Assembly: GCF_001462395.1 (NCBI RefSeq)
Contig: NZ_LNTB01000001.1
Span: 420,001 to 452,000 of the forward strand
Length of the DNA stretch: 32,000 nucleotides
Origin: Pyrodictium occultum
GTDB taxonomy: Archaea > Thermoproteota > Thermoprotei_A > Sulfolobales > Pyrodictiaceae
Direction of reading: 5' to 3'
Shown piece by piece: positions 8,438 through 17,491 of the stretch; positions within the stretch are counted from its first letter, which is position 1, and each line of letters opens with the position of its first letter. The notes under the pieces were generated by a model. That model saw nothing but the letters and a program-made list of their open reading frames with translations, made no database searches and was not told the DNA's origin. The translations under genes and the position numbers were made by a program.

Positions 8438-9354
8438 ATAGTGAAGCCCTCCGTGCGGTGCCGGTGGGGGAGGAAGCGCCTGCACCTTGAAAGCGAGGGG
8501 TCGAGGCGGAGGCCGATGTAGCTAGTCACGCCTGGGTCCCCGGGCACGCGGGGCTCCTCCACCACGAAGTCCCCGCGGGCCTCTAGGAGGGTGTTGACCA
8601 CGTACTCGTTCTCCTCTACAGCTATGCTGCACGTGGCGTATACCAGTACTCCACCAGGCTCCAGGGCGTCGAGCCCTGCGTCGAGAAGCTGCAGCTGCAG
8701 CTCCACCCTGGAGAGTATGTCGCTGAAACTCCTCCTCCACCGGCCCCGGGGGAAGGGGAGGAGGCCCTCGCCGCTGCAGGGAGCGTCGAGGAGTACTGCG
8801 TCGAAACGCCCCAGCCCCGGGAGCCGCCTAGCGTCCATGTGGAGTGCTGCCACGTTGAATACCGCCAGCCTGCTCATATTGTTCTTCAATGCTAGCAGCT
8901 TCCTTGAATTAATGTCAAGGGCCAGTATAGGGGCCTCGGGGTTGTGCTGGGCTATCTGGCTAGTCTTAACGCCCGCGCCCGCGCACATGTCTGCTATCCT
9001 GCCCGCCTCCTCGGGCCGGAGGGCAGGCACCGCCATCATCGAGGCCGGGCCCTGGATAGTGTAGAGGCCTTGCATATATTCGTGGAGCGCACCTATGGAG
9101 TAGGGTGTCTCCTCGACGACGAGGCCGTACCATATGTATGGGTGGCGCCTGGTCACGACGCCCTTAGCGGCCAGCCTCTCCTCAAGCTCCTCAACACTGG
9201 TGAGCAGAGTGTTAACCCTTATAGTCTTCATCACGTCCTTCTCGCCTATGGAGAGGAGTCTCTCAGCCTCCCCGCCTAGGAGGGCTAGGTAGCGGAGGGC
9301 CTGGTGAATGTGGATAAAGCTGTACCTCGACGCCAGCTCCCTCGCCCGGGTCAA
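8413..9354 (-). CDS. NOL1/NOP2/Sun-family RNA (cytosine-C5)-methyltransferase (aTrm4-like)
   Basis: 313 aa. RVNTLL, Y.QG.ASM (LYTIQGPASMMAV), the SAM motif DMCAGAGVKT, DAPCSGEG, YATCSIAVEENE and the terminal LPHRHRTEGFTICRL are the family motifs, including both catalytic cysteines. Confidence 0.9.
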   Translation of the reverse strand: MTRARELASRYSFIHIHQALRYLALLGGEAERLLSIGEKDVMKTIRVNTLLTSVEELEERLAAKGVVTRRHPYIWYGLVVEETPYSIGALHEYMQGLYTIQGPASMMAVPALRPEEAGRIADMCAGAGVKTSQIAQHNPEAPILALDINSRKLLALKNNMSRLAVFNVAALHMDARRLPGLGRFDAVLLDAPCSGEGLLPFPRGRWRRSFSDILSRVELQLQLLDAGLDALEPGGVLVYATCSIAVEENEYVVNTLLEARGDFVVEEPRVPGDPGVTSYIGLRLDPSLSRCRRFLPHRHRTEGFTICRLVKTG

Positions 9355-9491
9355 TAGCTCCTCGTCCCGCTCCAGCCCCCTGAGCAGCGTCTCCAGCCTC
9401 TCCAGAGCCCTGCGGTAGACTGTTTTCCCGGCAGCCAGGACCGTGGCACCCCCAGAAGGGATCGAGGAGCCTTAGGGGCGGCCTGGCGCGG

Positions 9492-10025
9492 ATGGAGGCG
9501 GGGGCCTTGAAGCGCGGCCTCTTTGTCGGGCGCTTCCAGCCTCCCCATTGGGGCCATATAGAGGTTATAAAGTGGTGCCTCGACCGCGTCGACGAGCTGG
9601 TAGTGGTTGTTGGCTCGGCGCAGGAGAGCCACACGCTCCGAAACCCCTTCACCGCCGGGGAGAGGATCGAGATGCTGCGGCTGGGCCTCCGCGACGCGGG
9701 GGTCGACGCGTCGCGCATCATGATAATCCCGGTCCCGGACATCGCTATGAACCATGTATGGCCTAGGTACCTGGAGCTGCTCCTCCCGCGCTTCCACGTA
9801 GTGTTCACCAGGAACCCGCTCGTGGAGAGGCTCTTCACGGAGTACGGCTACCCGGTAGAGGCCCCGCCCGCCTTCAGCCGCAGGGAGTACAGCGCCACGA
9901 GGATACGGGAGCTGATGCTCATGGGCGACGAGTCCTGGAGGATGCTCGTGCCCCCGAGCGTGGCCAGGTTCATAGACGAGGTTAAGGGGGTCGAGAGGCT
10001 CACAACCATATCCAGGAGGGACTAG
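9492..10025 (+). CDS. nadM: Nicotinamide-nucleotide adenylyltransferase (archaeal NMNAT)
   Basis: 177 aa. GLFVGRFQPPHWGHIEVI (GRFQPxHxGH), VVVVGSAQESHTLRNPFTAGER and SATRIRELM (the ISSTxxR-like motif) are present. Confidence 0.92.
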   Translation: MEAGALKRGLFVGRFQPPHWGHIEVIKWCLDRVDELVVVVGSAQESHTLRNPFTAGERIEMLRLGLRDAGVDASRIMIIPVPDIAMNHVWPRYLELLLPRFHVVFTRNPLVERLFTEYGYPVEAPPAFSRREYSATRIRELMLMGDESWRMLVPPSVARFIDEVKGVERLTTISRRD

Positions 10026-10032
10026 GGCCGCC

Positions 10033-11118
10033 ATGGAGCCGGTTGTAATCGATGGCAGCATGGGGGAGGGGGGCGGCCAGATACTGCGGACCACCCTGGC
10101 CCTCTCAGCCCTCCTCGGCAGGCCCGTGAGGATAGTAAACATTAGAGCGAAGAGGCCCCGGCCCGGGCTCCAGCGTCAGCACCTCACCTCCGTGAGGGCC
10201 GTGGCAGAGGTCTCCGGGGCGAGGGTTGAGGGGCTCCGGCTGGGCTCTACGGAGCTGACATTCCTGCCAGGGGGGCTCCGGGGCGGCCGCTTCCGCTTCG
10301 ACATAGGGACGGCTGGGAGCATCACCCTGGTGCTCCAGGCCGTCCTCCCGGTCCTGGCCTACGCGCCTGGGCCGGTCGAGCTCGAGATAAGGGGAGGCAC
10401 CGACGTGCCCTGGAGCCCCCCTATAGACTATGTCAGGTTCGTGCTGTCCAGGCTCCTGGAGAGGATGGGCTACCGGTTCCGCGTCATCCTGCGGAGAAGG
10501 GGCCACTATCCCCGGGGAGGCGGGATAGTCGTGGTGGAGGTGCCGGAGCCCCCGGGGAGGCTCGCTGCGGCGAGGCTCGACCGCGCCGGGGCTGTGAAGG
10601 CTTTCGAGGGACTGAGCCACGCCGTCCGGCTACCGAGGCACGTGGCCGAGAGGCAGGCCAGGGCAGCCAAGAAGCTCATAGAGTCGAAGTACCCGGGTGT
10701 ACCCGTCAGCATCGAGACCGAGTGGTACGAGCCCGGCCGCGACCCACACCTGGGCCCTGGGAGCGGGATAGTGGTCTGGGCGTATACGGAGAACAGCGTA
10801 CTGGGAGGCGACTCTCTGGGAGCTAAGGGCAAGCCCGCGGAGAAGGTCGGCGGAGAAGCCGCGGAGAAGCTTCTCGAGGACCTATCCACCGGCATGGCGC
10901 TGGACCGGCACGCCTCTGACATGCTCATACCCTACGCAGCGCTGGCCTGTGGCGAGTCCATGCTAGGCGGCGCGAGGCTCACCATGCACGCCTGGACAAA
11001 CATAGAGGTCGTGAAGCGCCTGATTCCCGAGGCCCGCATGGAGCTAATGGAGGGGGGAGAGCTGGAGAAGCCCTTCCTCCTCCGAGTCGGTGGGATATGC
11101 TACCAGCGCAGGGGCTAG
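10033..11118 (+). CDS. rtcA: RNA 3'-terminal phosphate cyclase
   Basis: 361 aa. IDGSMGEGGGQILRTTLALSALLGRPVRIVNIRAKRPRPGLQRQHL, GTAGSITLVLQAVLP and DRHASDMLIPYAAL are present, including the conserved His region. Confidence 0.95.
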   Translation: MEPVVIDGSMGEGGGQILRTTLALSALLGRPVRIVNIRAKRPRPGLQRQHLTSVRAVAEVSGARVEGLRLGSTELTFLPGGLRGGRFRFDIGTAGSITLVLQAVLPVLAYAPGPVELEIRGGTDVPWSPPIDYVRFVLSRLLERMGYRFRVILRRRGHYPRGGGIVVVEVPEPPGRLAAARLDRAGAVKAFEGLSHAVRLPRHVAERQARAAKKLIESKYPGVPVSIETEWYEPGRDPHLGPGSGIVVWAYTENSVLGGDSLGAKGKPAEKVGGEAAEKLLEDLSTGMALDRHASDMLIPYAALACGESMLGGARLTMHAWTNIEVVKRLIPEARMELMEGGELEKPFLLRVGGICYQRRG

Positions 11119-12335
11119 CCGCCGAAGAGCCAGGGCGTCTTCGCCCGGAGGCAGCGCTGCACGACGTCGAGCAGCTCGCCGAGGCCCTCCCCGGTAACGG
11201 CTGAGATGAACAAGGGCCGGGGGGAGCAGAGGCTCGCGGACCCGATTCCTTGAAGCGCGCCCGAGACCGTGTCCAGGGTCTCCTCCAGCCACTCTCTAGG
11301 CGTGGCATCCACCTTGTTCACCGCTACCAGGAGGCCCGCGCCCCGGCCCTCCACTATGCCATGGTATATCTCCCTGAGGAGCTTCATCTGGCTCTCGGTG
11401 TCCTGCACCTTCTCGGGCGACGGGTCTACTAGGAAGAGCACTATGTCCGGGAGCGACTTGAGGGCGGCATAGGCCTTCCTCTCTATCTCGTTGTGCTGCT
11501 CCACCGGCCTCTCAAGTATGCCGGGGGTATCAACCATGTAGAAGTAGATGCTTCCCACACGAGCCTTCCCGACTATAACCGTCTTGGTGGTAAACGGGTA
11601 GGCCGCCACCTCCGGCTCCGCTGTCGAGAGGCGGCGGACAAGGGTGGACTTGCCAGCGCTGGGTATCCCCGCCACAACCACTATCGGGAGGCCCTCGGAG
11701 ACCACGTGGGTGCGCAGCAGCTCCCTCCTCACTCTCTCGAGGACCTCGAGCCTCCTCCTCAGCCTCCTGACCACGGAGAGGATGCGGCCGCTCCCCTCCC
11801 TCCTCAGCTGGGCCGCCTCCCGGGCGTCCTGGGAGGAGGCTATGAGGAGGCGGTACTGGTTCCAGAACTCCCTTATCACGCGGAGCGCCCTGCGCACAGC
11901 CTTCAGTGCTTCGTCATACTCATCCCCGACGAAGCTGAGCACCAGGGCCCGGTGGAACTCGCTCATCTCCCTGGTCGAGGGAAGGCGGGCCACCTGCACG
12001 AGGCGGGAGTAGGATACGTTGAACACCACCTCGAGCCTGCGCAGCTCCAGCTCTATCCTGCCCCGCAGCCCCCGGCGCCGCGGCTTGACACGCCGGTACC
12101 TCTCCCCCACAATCCTCACTATCTCCTCTGAGCTGTATACATGGGTCTCCCTGAGCCTCCTAACGGTCTCCACTAGCCGCTGCATCTCCCGGTGGCGGCG
12201 TAGCCACGGTAGCTCCTCCGGCTCCAGTGTTGACGCCACTAGGACCCCCACGGGGAGCCTAGGCTCCCCCGGGCCCCTTATCAAGAAGGAGGCCTTGAAC
12301 GGGAAGAGGGCACTGCAGGGAGGGGTCCCTATCAT
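11115..12335 (-). CDS. NOG1-family GTP-binding protein
   Basis: 406 aa. An N-terminal helical NOG1-type domain is followed by G1 AGIPSAGKSTLV, G2 YPFTTK, G3 MVDTPGILERP and G4 VAVNKVD. The exact start is uncertain. Confidence 0.85.
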   Translation of the reverse strand: MIGTPPCSALFPFKASFLIRGPGEPRLPVGVLVASTLEPEELPWLRRHREMQRLVETVRRLRETHVYSSEEIVRIVGERYRRVKPRRRGLRGRIELELRRLEVVFNVSYSRLVQVARLPSTREMSEFHRALVLSFVGDEYDEALKAVRRALRVIREFWNQYRLLIASSQDAREAAQLRREGSGRILSVVRRLRRRLEVLERVRRELLRTHVVSEGLPIVVVAGIPSAGKSTLVRRLSTAEPEVAAYPFTTKTVIVGKARVGSIYFYMVDTPGILERPVEQHNEIERKAYAALKSLPDIVLFLVDPSPEKVQDTESQMKLLREIYHGIVEGRGAGLLVAVNKVDATPREWLEETLDTVSGALQGIGSASLCSPRPLFISAVTGEGLGELLDVVQRCLRAKTPWLFGG

Positions 12336-12377
12336 ATCTGGTATCTGGATAGGAGCAGCGGTGACCGCCCCGGAGTG

Positions 12378-13697
12378 CTAGAGCCTCCTCCGGTCGATCA
12401 CCCTCTTGGCCTTGCCGCCCTCCTGGCGCGGCAGCTCGCCGGGGTCCAGTACCCGCACCCTCGGGTTTATCATGAGGACCTCGTGTAGCCTGTACTGCAG
12501 CTCCGAGGCCAGCCGCTGCTTCTCCTCCTCGCTCATCTTCCTGGCAGCCTCCACGAACACGTACATCCTGTCCAGGTTGCCCTCGCGCTCAACCACTATC
12601 TGGTAGTGGTGGTTCACCCGGGGCTCGCTGAGAAGCACCTCCTCCACCGCAGAGGGGAACACGTTCACACCATTAATCACAAGCATGTCGTCCGCCCTGC
12701 CCACTATCCTGCCTATACGCCTCATAGTCCTTCCACAGTCGCAGCTCCTGCTGTCATAGATGAAGGTTATGTCATTGGTCCAGTAGCGGAGGAGAGGCAT
12801 GGCATCGTGTGTGAGCGGGGTTACGACCAGCACACCCTTCTCCTCCGGCTCCACCGGCTCGCCGGTCTTCGGGTCCACGACCTCCACCAGGTAGTGGTCC
12901 TCCCAGACGTGGAGCCCGTCGTGAAGGTGGCACTCCATGGCTGTGCCGGGGCCGTAGAGCTCGCTCATACCATAGATATCGTAGCTGTCCATGTCCCACA
13001 GCTTGTTTATCCTCCTCCTAAGCTCCTCGCTCCACATCTCGGCGCCGAAGACCCCCGTCCTGGCCTTGGTGTCGCGGGCCGGGTCGACACCCATCTCGAG
13101 GGCTACCTCGGCGAGGCGGAGAGCGTAGTTGGGCACCGCCGCTAGAACCGTGGCGCCGAGGTCCCTTATCATCATCACGTGGCGCTGTGTGAACCCCGTG
13201 CCCGCCGGCACCGCTAGGGCTCCGAGCCTCTGGGCCCCATAGTGGAAGCCGAGGCCTCCGGTGAACCAGTGGTAGCCAAGCGCTATGTACACTATGTCCT
13301 CCCTCGTCACGCCTGCCGCTGCCAGGCTGCGGGCCATGAGCTCGGCCCAGTTGTCGAGGTCCCTCCTAGTGTAGCCCACAACGGTCGGCTTGCCCGTGGT
13401 GCCGCTGCTGGCATGCACCTCTAGGATCTCGCTGAGGGGGACTGCGAAGAGCCCGTAGGGGTAGTTCTCCCGCAGGTCGTTCTTCACTGTGAAGGGGAGC
13501 TTTCTCACGTCCTCCAGGCTCTTCACGTCCTCGGGGCGTACACCCGCCTCCCTCAGCTTCTTGCGGTAGAACGGCACGTTCTCGTAGGCCCTCTTCACGG
13601 TCTCCCGCAGCCGCTGGAGCTGGATCTTCTCTATCTCCTCCCGGCTGGCCCTCTCTATGGGATGCAGGATCCTCGGCTTCCCAGCCACCGCGACCAC
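12378..13697 (-). CDS. paaK: Phenylacetate-CoA ligase / coenzyme F390 synthetase family (aryl-acid adenylating enzyme)
   Basis: REEIEKIQLQRLRETVKRAYENVPFYRKKL, LPFTVKNDLRENYP and the AMP-binding motif HASSGTTGKPTVVGYT are present, with a C-terminal ACT-like domain. The listed ORF runs to 13913, but its first 72 codons are Ala/Pro/Gly filler. I prefer GTG 13697 (439 aa), which has AGGAG 9 nt upstream. Confidence 0.85.
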   Translation of the reverse strand: MVAVAGKPRILHPIERASREEIEKIQLQRLRETVKRAYENVPFYRKKLREAGVRPEDVKSLEDVRKLPFTVKNDLRENYPYGLFAVPLSEILEVHASSGTTGKPTVVGYTRRDLDNWAELMARSLAAAGVTREDIVYIALGYHWFTGGLGFHYGAQRLGALAVPAGTGFTQRHVMMIRDLGATVLAAVPNYALRLAEVALEMGVDPARDTKARTGVFGAEMWSEELRRRINKLWDMDSYDIYGMSELYGPGTAMECHLHDGLHVWEDHYLVEVVDPKTGEPVEPEEKGVLVVTPLTHDAMPLLRYWTNDITFIYDSRSCDCGRTMRRIGRIVGRADDMLVINGVNVFPSAVEEVLLSEPRVNHHYQIVVEREGNLDRMYVFVEAARKMSEEEKQRLASELQYRLHEVLMINPRVRVLDPGELPRQEGGKAKRVIDRRRL

Positions 13698-13760
13698 CGG
13701 GGCTCCTAGGCCGAGTGCTGGGGGGCTCCAGCCTAAATGCTTGCCCCCTGGAAGCCCACC

Positions 13761-13775
13761 GCTAAAACTTTTAGC
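13761..13775. promoter_or_regulatory. Palindromic AT-rich box GCTAAAACTTTTAGC, a candidate shared/bidirectional TATA element for divergent paaK and the symporter operon
   Basis: This is the only AT-rich element in the 13698..13812 gap. It is a perfect 7+1+7 palindrome. Its centre lies 45 nt from ATG 13813 (+), the same TATA-to-start spacing seen at other promoters in this window, and 71 nt from GTG 13697 (-). Confidence 0.4.
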
Positions 13776-13812
13776 ACTGCAGCCCGGCCCCTGGAGGCGT
13801 GGGGGCCGGGCC

Positions 13813-13953
13813 ATGGCGTTGCTTCTGGCAGCCCTCATAGCCGGGTTTGCAGCCGTCATAGCCGGGTTTGCGTACAGCCTCTCCGGCGGCGCCTCGGAGG
13901 CCGCCACAGGCATTATCGATGAGAGTAGGAGTAGGCGGGTAGAGGTGGAGTAG
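13813..13953 (+). CDS. Unlisted 46-aa single-pass membrane peptide immediately upstream of the symporter
   Basis: MALLLAALIAGFAAVIAGFAYSLSGGASEAATGIIDESRSRRVEVE is a hydrophobic helix followed by a charged tail. The stop lies 5 nt before the TTG start of the symporter, which is preceded by GGTGGAG. The promoter spacing is good. It forms part of listed ORF 13657..13953. Confidence 0.45.
   Translation: MALLLAALIAGFAAVIAGFAYSLSGGASEAATGIIDESRSRRVEVE
13828..13869. repeat. 21-bp tandem duplication (GCAGCC[C/G]TCATAGCCGGGTTT x2, 20/21 identical)
   Basis: Read directly from the sequence. In the + frame it encodes AALIAGF/AAVIAGF inside the predicted helix of the 46-aa peptide. Confidence 0.9.
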
Positions 13954-13958
13954 CCCCC

Positions 13959-15371
13959 TTGATCTCAGAGAGCGTTGTCGCGGCCTACCTGGCTGCCAGC
14001 CTAGCCCTCGGCGCCGTCTTCAAGTCCAAGGCGGATACGATAGAGGGCTTCCTGGTGGCTAATAGGGAGATAGGCGACTGGCTGCTAGCCTTCACCTTCG
14101 GCGCCACCTACTTCTCGAGCGTTGTTATAGTCGTCGGCGGCGCCTGGGCGTACATGTGGGGCCAGCCGAGCCTCCTGATACCCCTTTTCAATGTTGTGCT
14201 CGGTGCCCTAGCCACCTTCATGCTCCTGGGGCGCAGGATAAACACGCTGAGCCTGGAGCACAACGCCCTAACGGTGCCGGAGCTCTTCGGGAGGATCTAC
14301 TCGAGCAGGGGGCTGCAGAGGCTACTAGGCCTAATGGCCGCGGTAGGTCTCACGCTCTATGCCGCCACCGTGATAAGCGGCGCGGCGGCAATGGTTGGGA
14401 CCGTGTTCCACGTGAACCTGGCGGCCGCGGCCTTCGTGATAGCCGCCATAATGGCTGTCTACGTGGCCCTCGGGGGCATGTACAGCGTGGCGTGGACGGA
14501 CACCCTCCAGGGCGTGATAGTGGCCGCGGGCGTGGCTGTCCTGCTGGCGTTCTCCCTCGGGCATGCCGGGGGCCTAGCAGCCCTGGAGAACGCTAAGCCG
14601 GCGCTCCCGCCGAGTAAGATAAACCTTAGGCTCATATTCGACCTAGCGCTGCTGACCAGCATCGCTGTCTGGGGGCTGCCACAGCTGGTTAACAGGTTCT
14701 ACACCGCCCGTGGCCCTAGGGTTGTGCGCCGCGCCACGGGGATAGCAACCCTCTTCGCCTTCATAGTGACGTATGGCAGCTTCCTCTCCGGGCTGGCCGC
14801 GGCGGTCATCCTCCAGAGCCACCCGCCCTCGGACCCCTTGAAGGCTATACCAGCGCTGGCGAGCATTGTCATGGGGCCGGTGGGGGCTGCCATGTTCTCG
14901 GCGGCTGTGCTCGCAGCCGCAATGAGCACCGCTGACTCGATAGCGCTCACCGTAGGGAGCGCCGTGATATACGATGTGCTAGGTGTGAGGGATACCAGAG
15001 CCCTGCGTGCAGCCAGCTTCCTCTCAATGATAGTGGCCGCCGGCATAGCTGTGGCCACCCTCTCCCTGCCGAAGGAGCTGGCGAGCGCGGTTACAACTAT
15101 ATTCAAGACCGGGTGGACTCTCACAGCCGGCGCCTTCCTGGTGCCCGTTGTAGCCACCGTGATGGGGGCTCGTAGCAGGGCAGCCGTGGTGGCATCCTCG
15201 CTGGTGGGGGCACTGGTGGCGCTCGCCTACGGGGCTTCGAGGGCCGCCCACATTGCCGCACCGCTCGCAGACCTCAGCTTCGCCGTCACCATCGCTGCCT
15301 CGCTGGCGGCTTACATCGCGGCTAGCATCGCTGCCCCCTGCGGCCGGGCCCTATCCCGCAGAGGGGCCTAG
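13959..15371 (+). CDS. Sodium:solute symporter family (SSS) transporter
   Basis: 470 aa with about 12-13 hydrophobic helices, and SSS-like segments (FLVANREIGDWLLAFTFGATYFSS, GGMYSVAWTDTLQG). The start is TTG. Substrate is unknown. Confidence 0.85.
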   Translation: MISESVVAAYLAASLALGAVFKSKADTIEGFLVANREIGDWLLAFTFGATYFSSVVIVVGGAWAYMWGQPSLLIPLFNVVLGALATFMLLGRRINTLSLEHNALTVPELFGRIYSSRGLQRLLGLMAAVGLTLYAATVISGAAAMVGTVFHVNLAAAAFVIAAIMAVYVALGGMYSVAWTDTLQGVIVAAGVAVLLAFSLGHAGGLAALENAKPALPPSKINLRLIFDLALLTSIAVWGLPQLVNRFYTARGPRVVRRATGIATLFAFIVTYGSFLSGLAAAVILQSHPPSDPLKAIPALASIVMGPVGAAMFSAAVLAAAMSTADSIALTVGSAVIYDVLGVRDTRALRAASFLSMIVAAGIAVATLSLPKELASAVTTIFKTGWTLTAGAFLVPVVATVMGARSRAAVVASSLVGALVALAYGASRAAHIAAPLADLSFAVTIAASLAAYIAASIAAPCGRALSRRGA

Positions 15372-15508
15372 AGCCATTACGCCCCCGGGGGCCCGGTTCA
15401 CTGGCCAGCTGTTTTCCCGCCGGAGGGGTGTAGTGGCAGCGGCAAGCCCCTTAAACCTCCCACTTCTAGCCCCCTGCGGGACCCGTTCAAGGCCGAGACC
15501 CTAGCTGG

Positions 15509-17476
15509 GTGGAGGACGTGCCGCGCTACCTGGGTGTCACGGCGCCGCCTGGAAGGAGGCTGCTCATGCTGGGTAACGAGGCCATAGCCCGCGGCTTCCT
15601 GGAGGCCGGGGTCCAGTTCGCCGCCGCTTACCCGGGCACCCCGAGCACCGAGATAGTGGAGGCGCTGGCTGCGGCCTCAAGGCTCTACGGGGGCAGGCCG
15701 TACGTTGAGTGGAGCGTCAACGAGAAGGTTGCCCTGGAGGCCGCGCTGGGCGCCGCCATAACCGGTGCCAGGGCTATAGCCGCTATGAAGCATGTCGGCC
15801 TCAACGTGGCGGCCGACCCGTTCTTCAGCAGCGCCTACCTGGGGGTCGGGGGCGCCCTGGTTGTAGTCTCGGCCGACGACCCCTGGATGTGGAGCAGCCA
15901 GAATGAGCAGGACAATAGGTGGTACGGGCTCCACGCCTACGTGCCGGTGGTGGAGCCGACGGGGGCGCAGGACGCTAAGGAGGCGGCCCGGCTGGCGCTC
16001 GAGTACAGCGCCCGCTACCGGAGGCCCTTCCTCCTCCGCACCACCACGAGGATAGCGCACACCCGGGCGGCGGTGGAGACGGGGCCGGTGAGCATAGAGG
16101 CCCTGGAGCCCCGGGGGGAGTTCTCCAAGGACCCGGCCCGGTGGACGCTGGTACCAGAGTATGCCAGGAGGCACCGGCTGGAGCTTCTGGAGGACTGGGA
16201 CAGGCTTGGGAGGGAGCTCGCGGGGTTCCCTCTCAACCGCGTCGAGGGGGACGGGCCGGTGGCGATAGTGGCCTCGGGGATAGGCTACCGCTACGCCAGG
16301 GAGGCTGCAAGGATACTTGGCGCCGAGGAGGACGTGACCATCTACGCCCTGGCCACTCCAGTGCCGCTGCCTGGGCCCCTGGCGGAGAAGGCGCTCAGTC
16401 ACGACACCGTACTCGTTGTGGAGGAGGGCGACCCGGTTGTAGAGATCCAGCTCAAGACCGCCGCGGCCGAGCTGGGCTCCGGGGCCAGGATACTGGGCAA
16501 GCGTGGGCCCGAGAGGCTGCTACCCCGCCACGGGGAGCTGGGCCTGGGGGTGGTGGCGGCCGCGCTCGCGAAGCTCCTCGGCCGGGAGCCCCCCTCCTGG
16601 GCCGGGGGCGGGGCCTGGGAGCCCGGCGTCAAGCTGCCCCCGAGGCCCCCGGTGCTGTGCGCCGGCTGCCCCTACCGCAGCTTCTTCTACGCCCTGCGCC
16701 GCGCCGTGAACAGGCTGAGGCTCCGGCCAGTCTACAGCGGGGATATAGGCTGCTACAGCCTGGGCATACTCCCGCCCTTCGAGATGCAGGATATCATTAT
16801 AGACATGGGGGCTAGTATAAGCGCCGGCAGCGGCATGGCCCACACGCTCCGGGACGATAGGAGGGTAGTAATAGCCATCATAGGGGACTCCACGTTCTAC
16901 CACAGCGGGGTAACCGGGCTAATGAACGCTGTCTACAACCGGGCGCCCATGCTCGTGATAGTGCTCGACAACCATACCACCGCGATGACGGGGCACCAGC
17001 CCCACCCAGGGGTGGGTGTTGACGCGGAGGGCCACAGGGCGCCGGAGGTTAGGATAGAGGACGTGGCTAGGGGCGCTGGTGTAGAGAAGGTGTTGGTTAG
17101 CGACGCCTTCGACGTAAAGGACTCGGAGGCGAAGCTGCTCGAGGCGCTGCGCTACGTGGTCGAGGAGAGGAAGCCCGCGGTGCTGGTGGCGAGGGGTGCC
17201 TGCATACTAGTGGCGCTCCAGCAGGCTCGCCGCCAGGGGGTGAGGCCCCCTGTCTACTATGTGGACCAGGAGAAGTGCACCGGCTGCGGGATATGCTACA
17301 CTGTGTTCAACTGCCCCGCCATAATGAGGGGCGAGGGCGGCAAGGCTGTGATAGACCCTGCTCTCTGCACCGGCTGCGGGGAGTGCGTCCAGGTCTGCCC
17401 CTTCGGCGCCTTCAAGCCGAGCCATGAGCCTCCGGCGGAGTGGGAGAAGCTTATGAGGACAGCCAAGCCGAGCTAG
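15509..17476 (+). CDS. iorA: Indolepyruvate:ferredoxin oxidoreductase, alpha subunit
   Basis: 655 aa. LGNEAIARGFLEAGVQFAAAYPGTPSTEI, the TPP-binding region GDIGCY...IGDSTFYHSG, and two C-terminal ferredoxin motifs (CTGCGICYTVFNCP, CTGCGECVQVCP) are present. The start is GTG 15509 or ATG 15566. Confidence 0.92.
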   Translation: MEDVPRYLGVTAPPGRRLLMLGNEAIARGFLEAGVQFAAAYPGTPSTEIVEALAAASRLYGGRPYVEWSVNEKVALEAALGAAITGARAIAAMKHVGLNVAADPFFSSAYLGVGGALVVVSADDPWMWSSQNEQDNRWYGLHAYVPVVEPTGAQDAKEAARLALEYSARYRRPFLLRTTTRIAHTRAAVETGPVSIEALEPRGEFSKDPARWTLVPEYARRHRLELLEDWDRLGRELAGFPLNRVEGDGPVAIVASGIGYRYAREAARILGAEEDVTIYALATPVPLPGPLAEKALSHDTVLVVEEGDPVVEIQLKTAAAELGSGARILGKRGPERLLPRHGELGLGVVAAALAKLLGREPPSWAGGGAWEPGVKLPPRPPVLCAGCPYRSFFYALRRAVNRLRLRPVYSGDIGCYSLGILPPFEMQDIIIDMGASISAGSGMAHTLRDDRRVVIAIIGDSTFYHSGVTGLMNAVYNRAPMLVIVLDNHTTAMTGHQPHPGVGVDAEGHRAPEVRIEDVARGAGVEKVLVSDAFDVKDSEAKLLEALRYVVEERKPAVLVARGACILVALQQARRQGVRPPVYYVDQEKCTGCGICYTVFNCPAIMRGEGGKAVIDPALCTGCGECVQVCPFGAFKPSHEPPAEWEKLMRTAKPS

Positions 17477-17491
17477 GGAGGGGGTAGAGGG

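Noticed and set aside
7883-9354. The overlapping ORFs 8413..9354 (m5C methyltransferase) and 7883..8485 (PUA-containing) looked like a frameshifted RsmF-type methyltransferase-PUA fusion.
   Set aside because: The 313-aa product ends with the normal family terminus (LPHRHRTEGFTICRL), and its length fits stand-alone aTrm4 enzymes. The downstream product parallels NIP7 over both its pre-PUA and PUA halves. With ATG 8437 the overlap is only 25 nt. Two ordinary genes is the simpler reading.
9263-10142. Two long minus-strand ORFs (191 and 263 aa) across the NMNAT gene and the rtcA 5' end.
   Set aside because: They have Arg/Pro/Gly-rich composition and are antisense to a motif-perfect NMNAT. This is the typical shadow ORF of high-GC DNA. 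The same applies to 6458..6982, 7375..7899, 10105..10928, 11493..12381, 12606..13145, 14156..15251, 15677..16903, 17207..17715, 21296..22040, 22181..22648 and 25174..26042.
11115-11118. The rtcA and GTPase genes share a 4-nt CTAG stop/stop overlap (convergent).
   Set aside because: This is a trivial consequence of the palindromic CTAG reading as TAG on both strands. It has no functional implication beyond tight packing.
13698-13913. A 72-codon N-terminal extension of PaaK, as in the listed 511-aa ORF.
   Set aside because: The extension is Ala/Pro/Gly/Arg filler containing the translated tandem repeat. PaaK-family proteins start close to the ...ILHPIERASREEIEKIQ region. GTG 13697 has an AGGAG 9 nt upstream. 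The opposite strand offers a better-supported small ORF with good promoter spacing.
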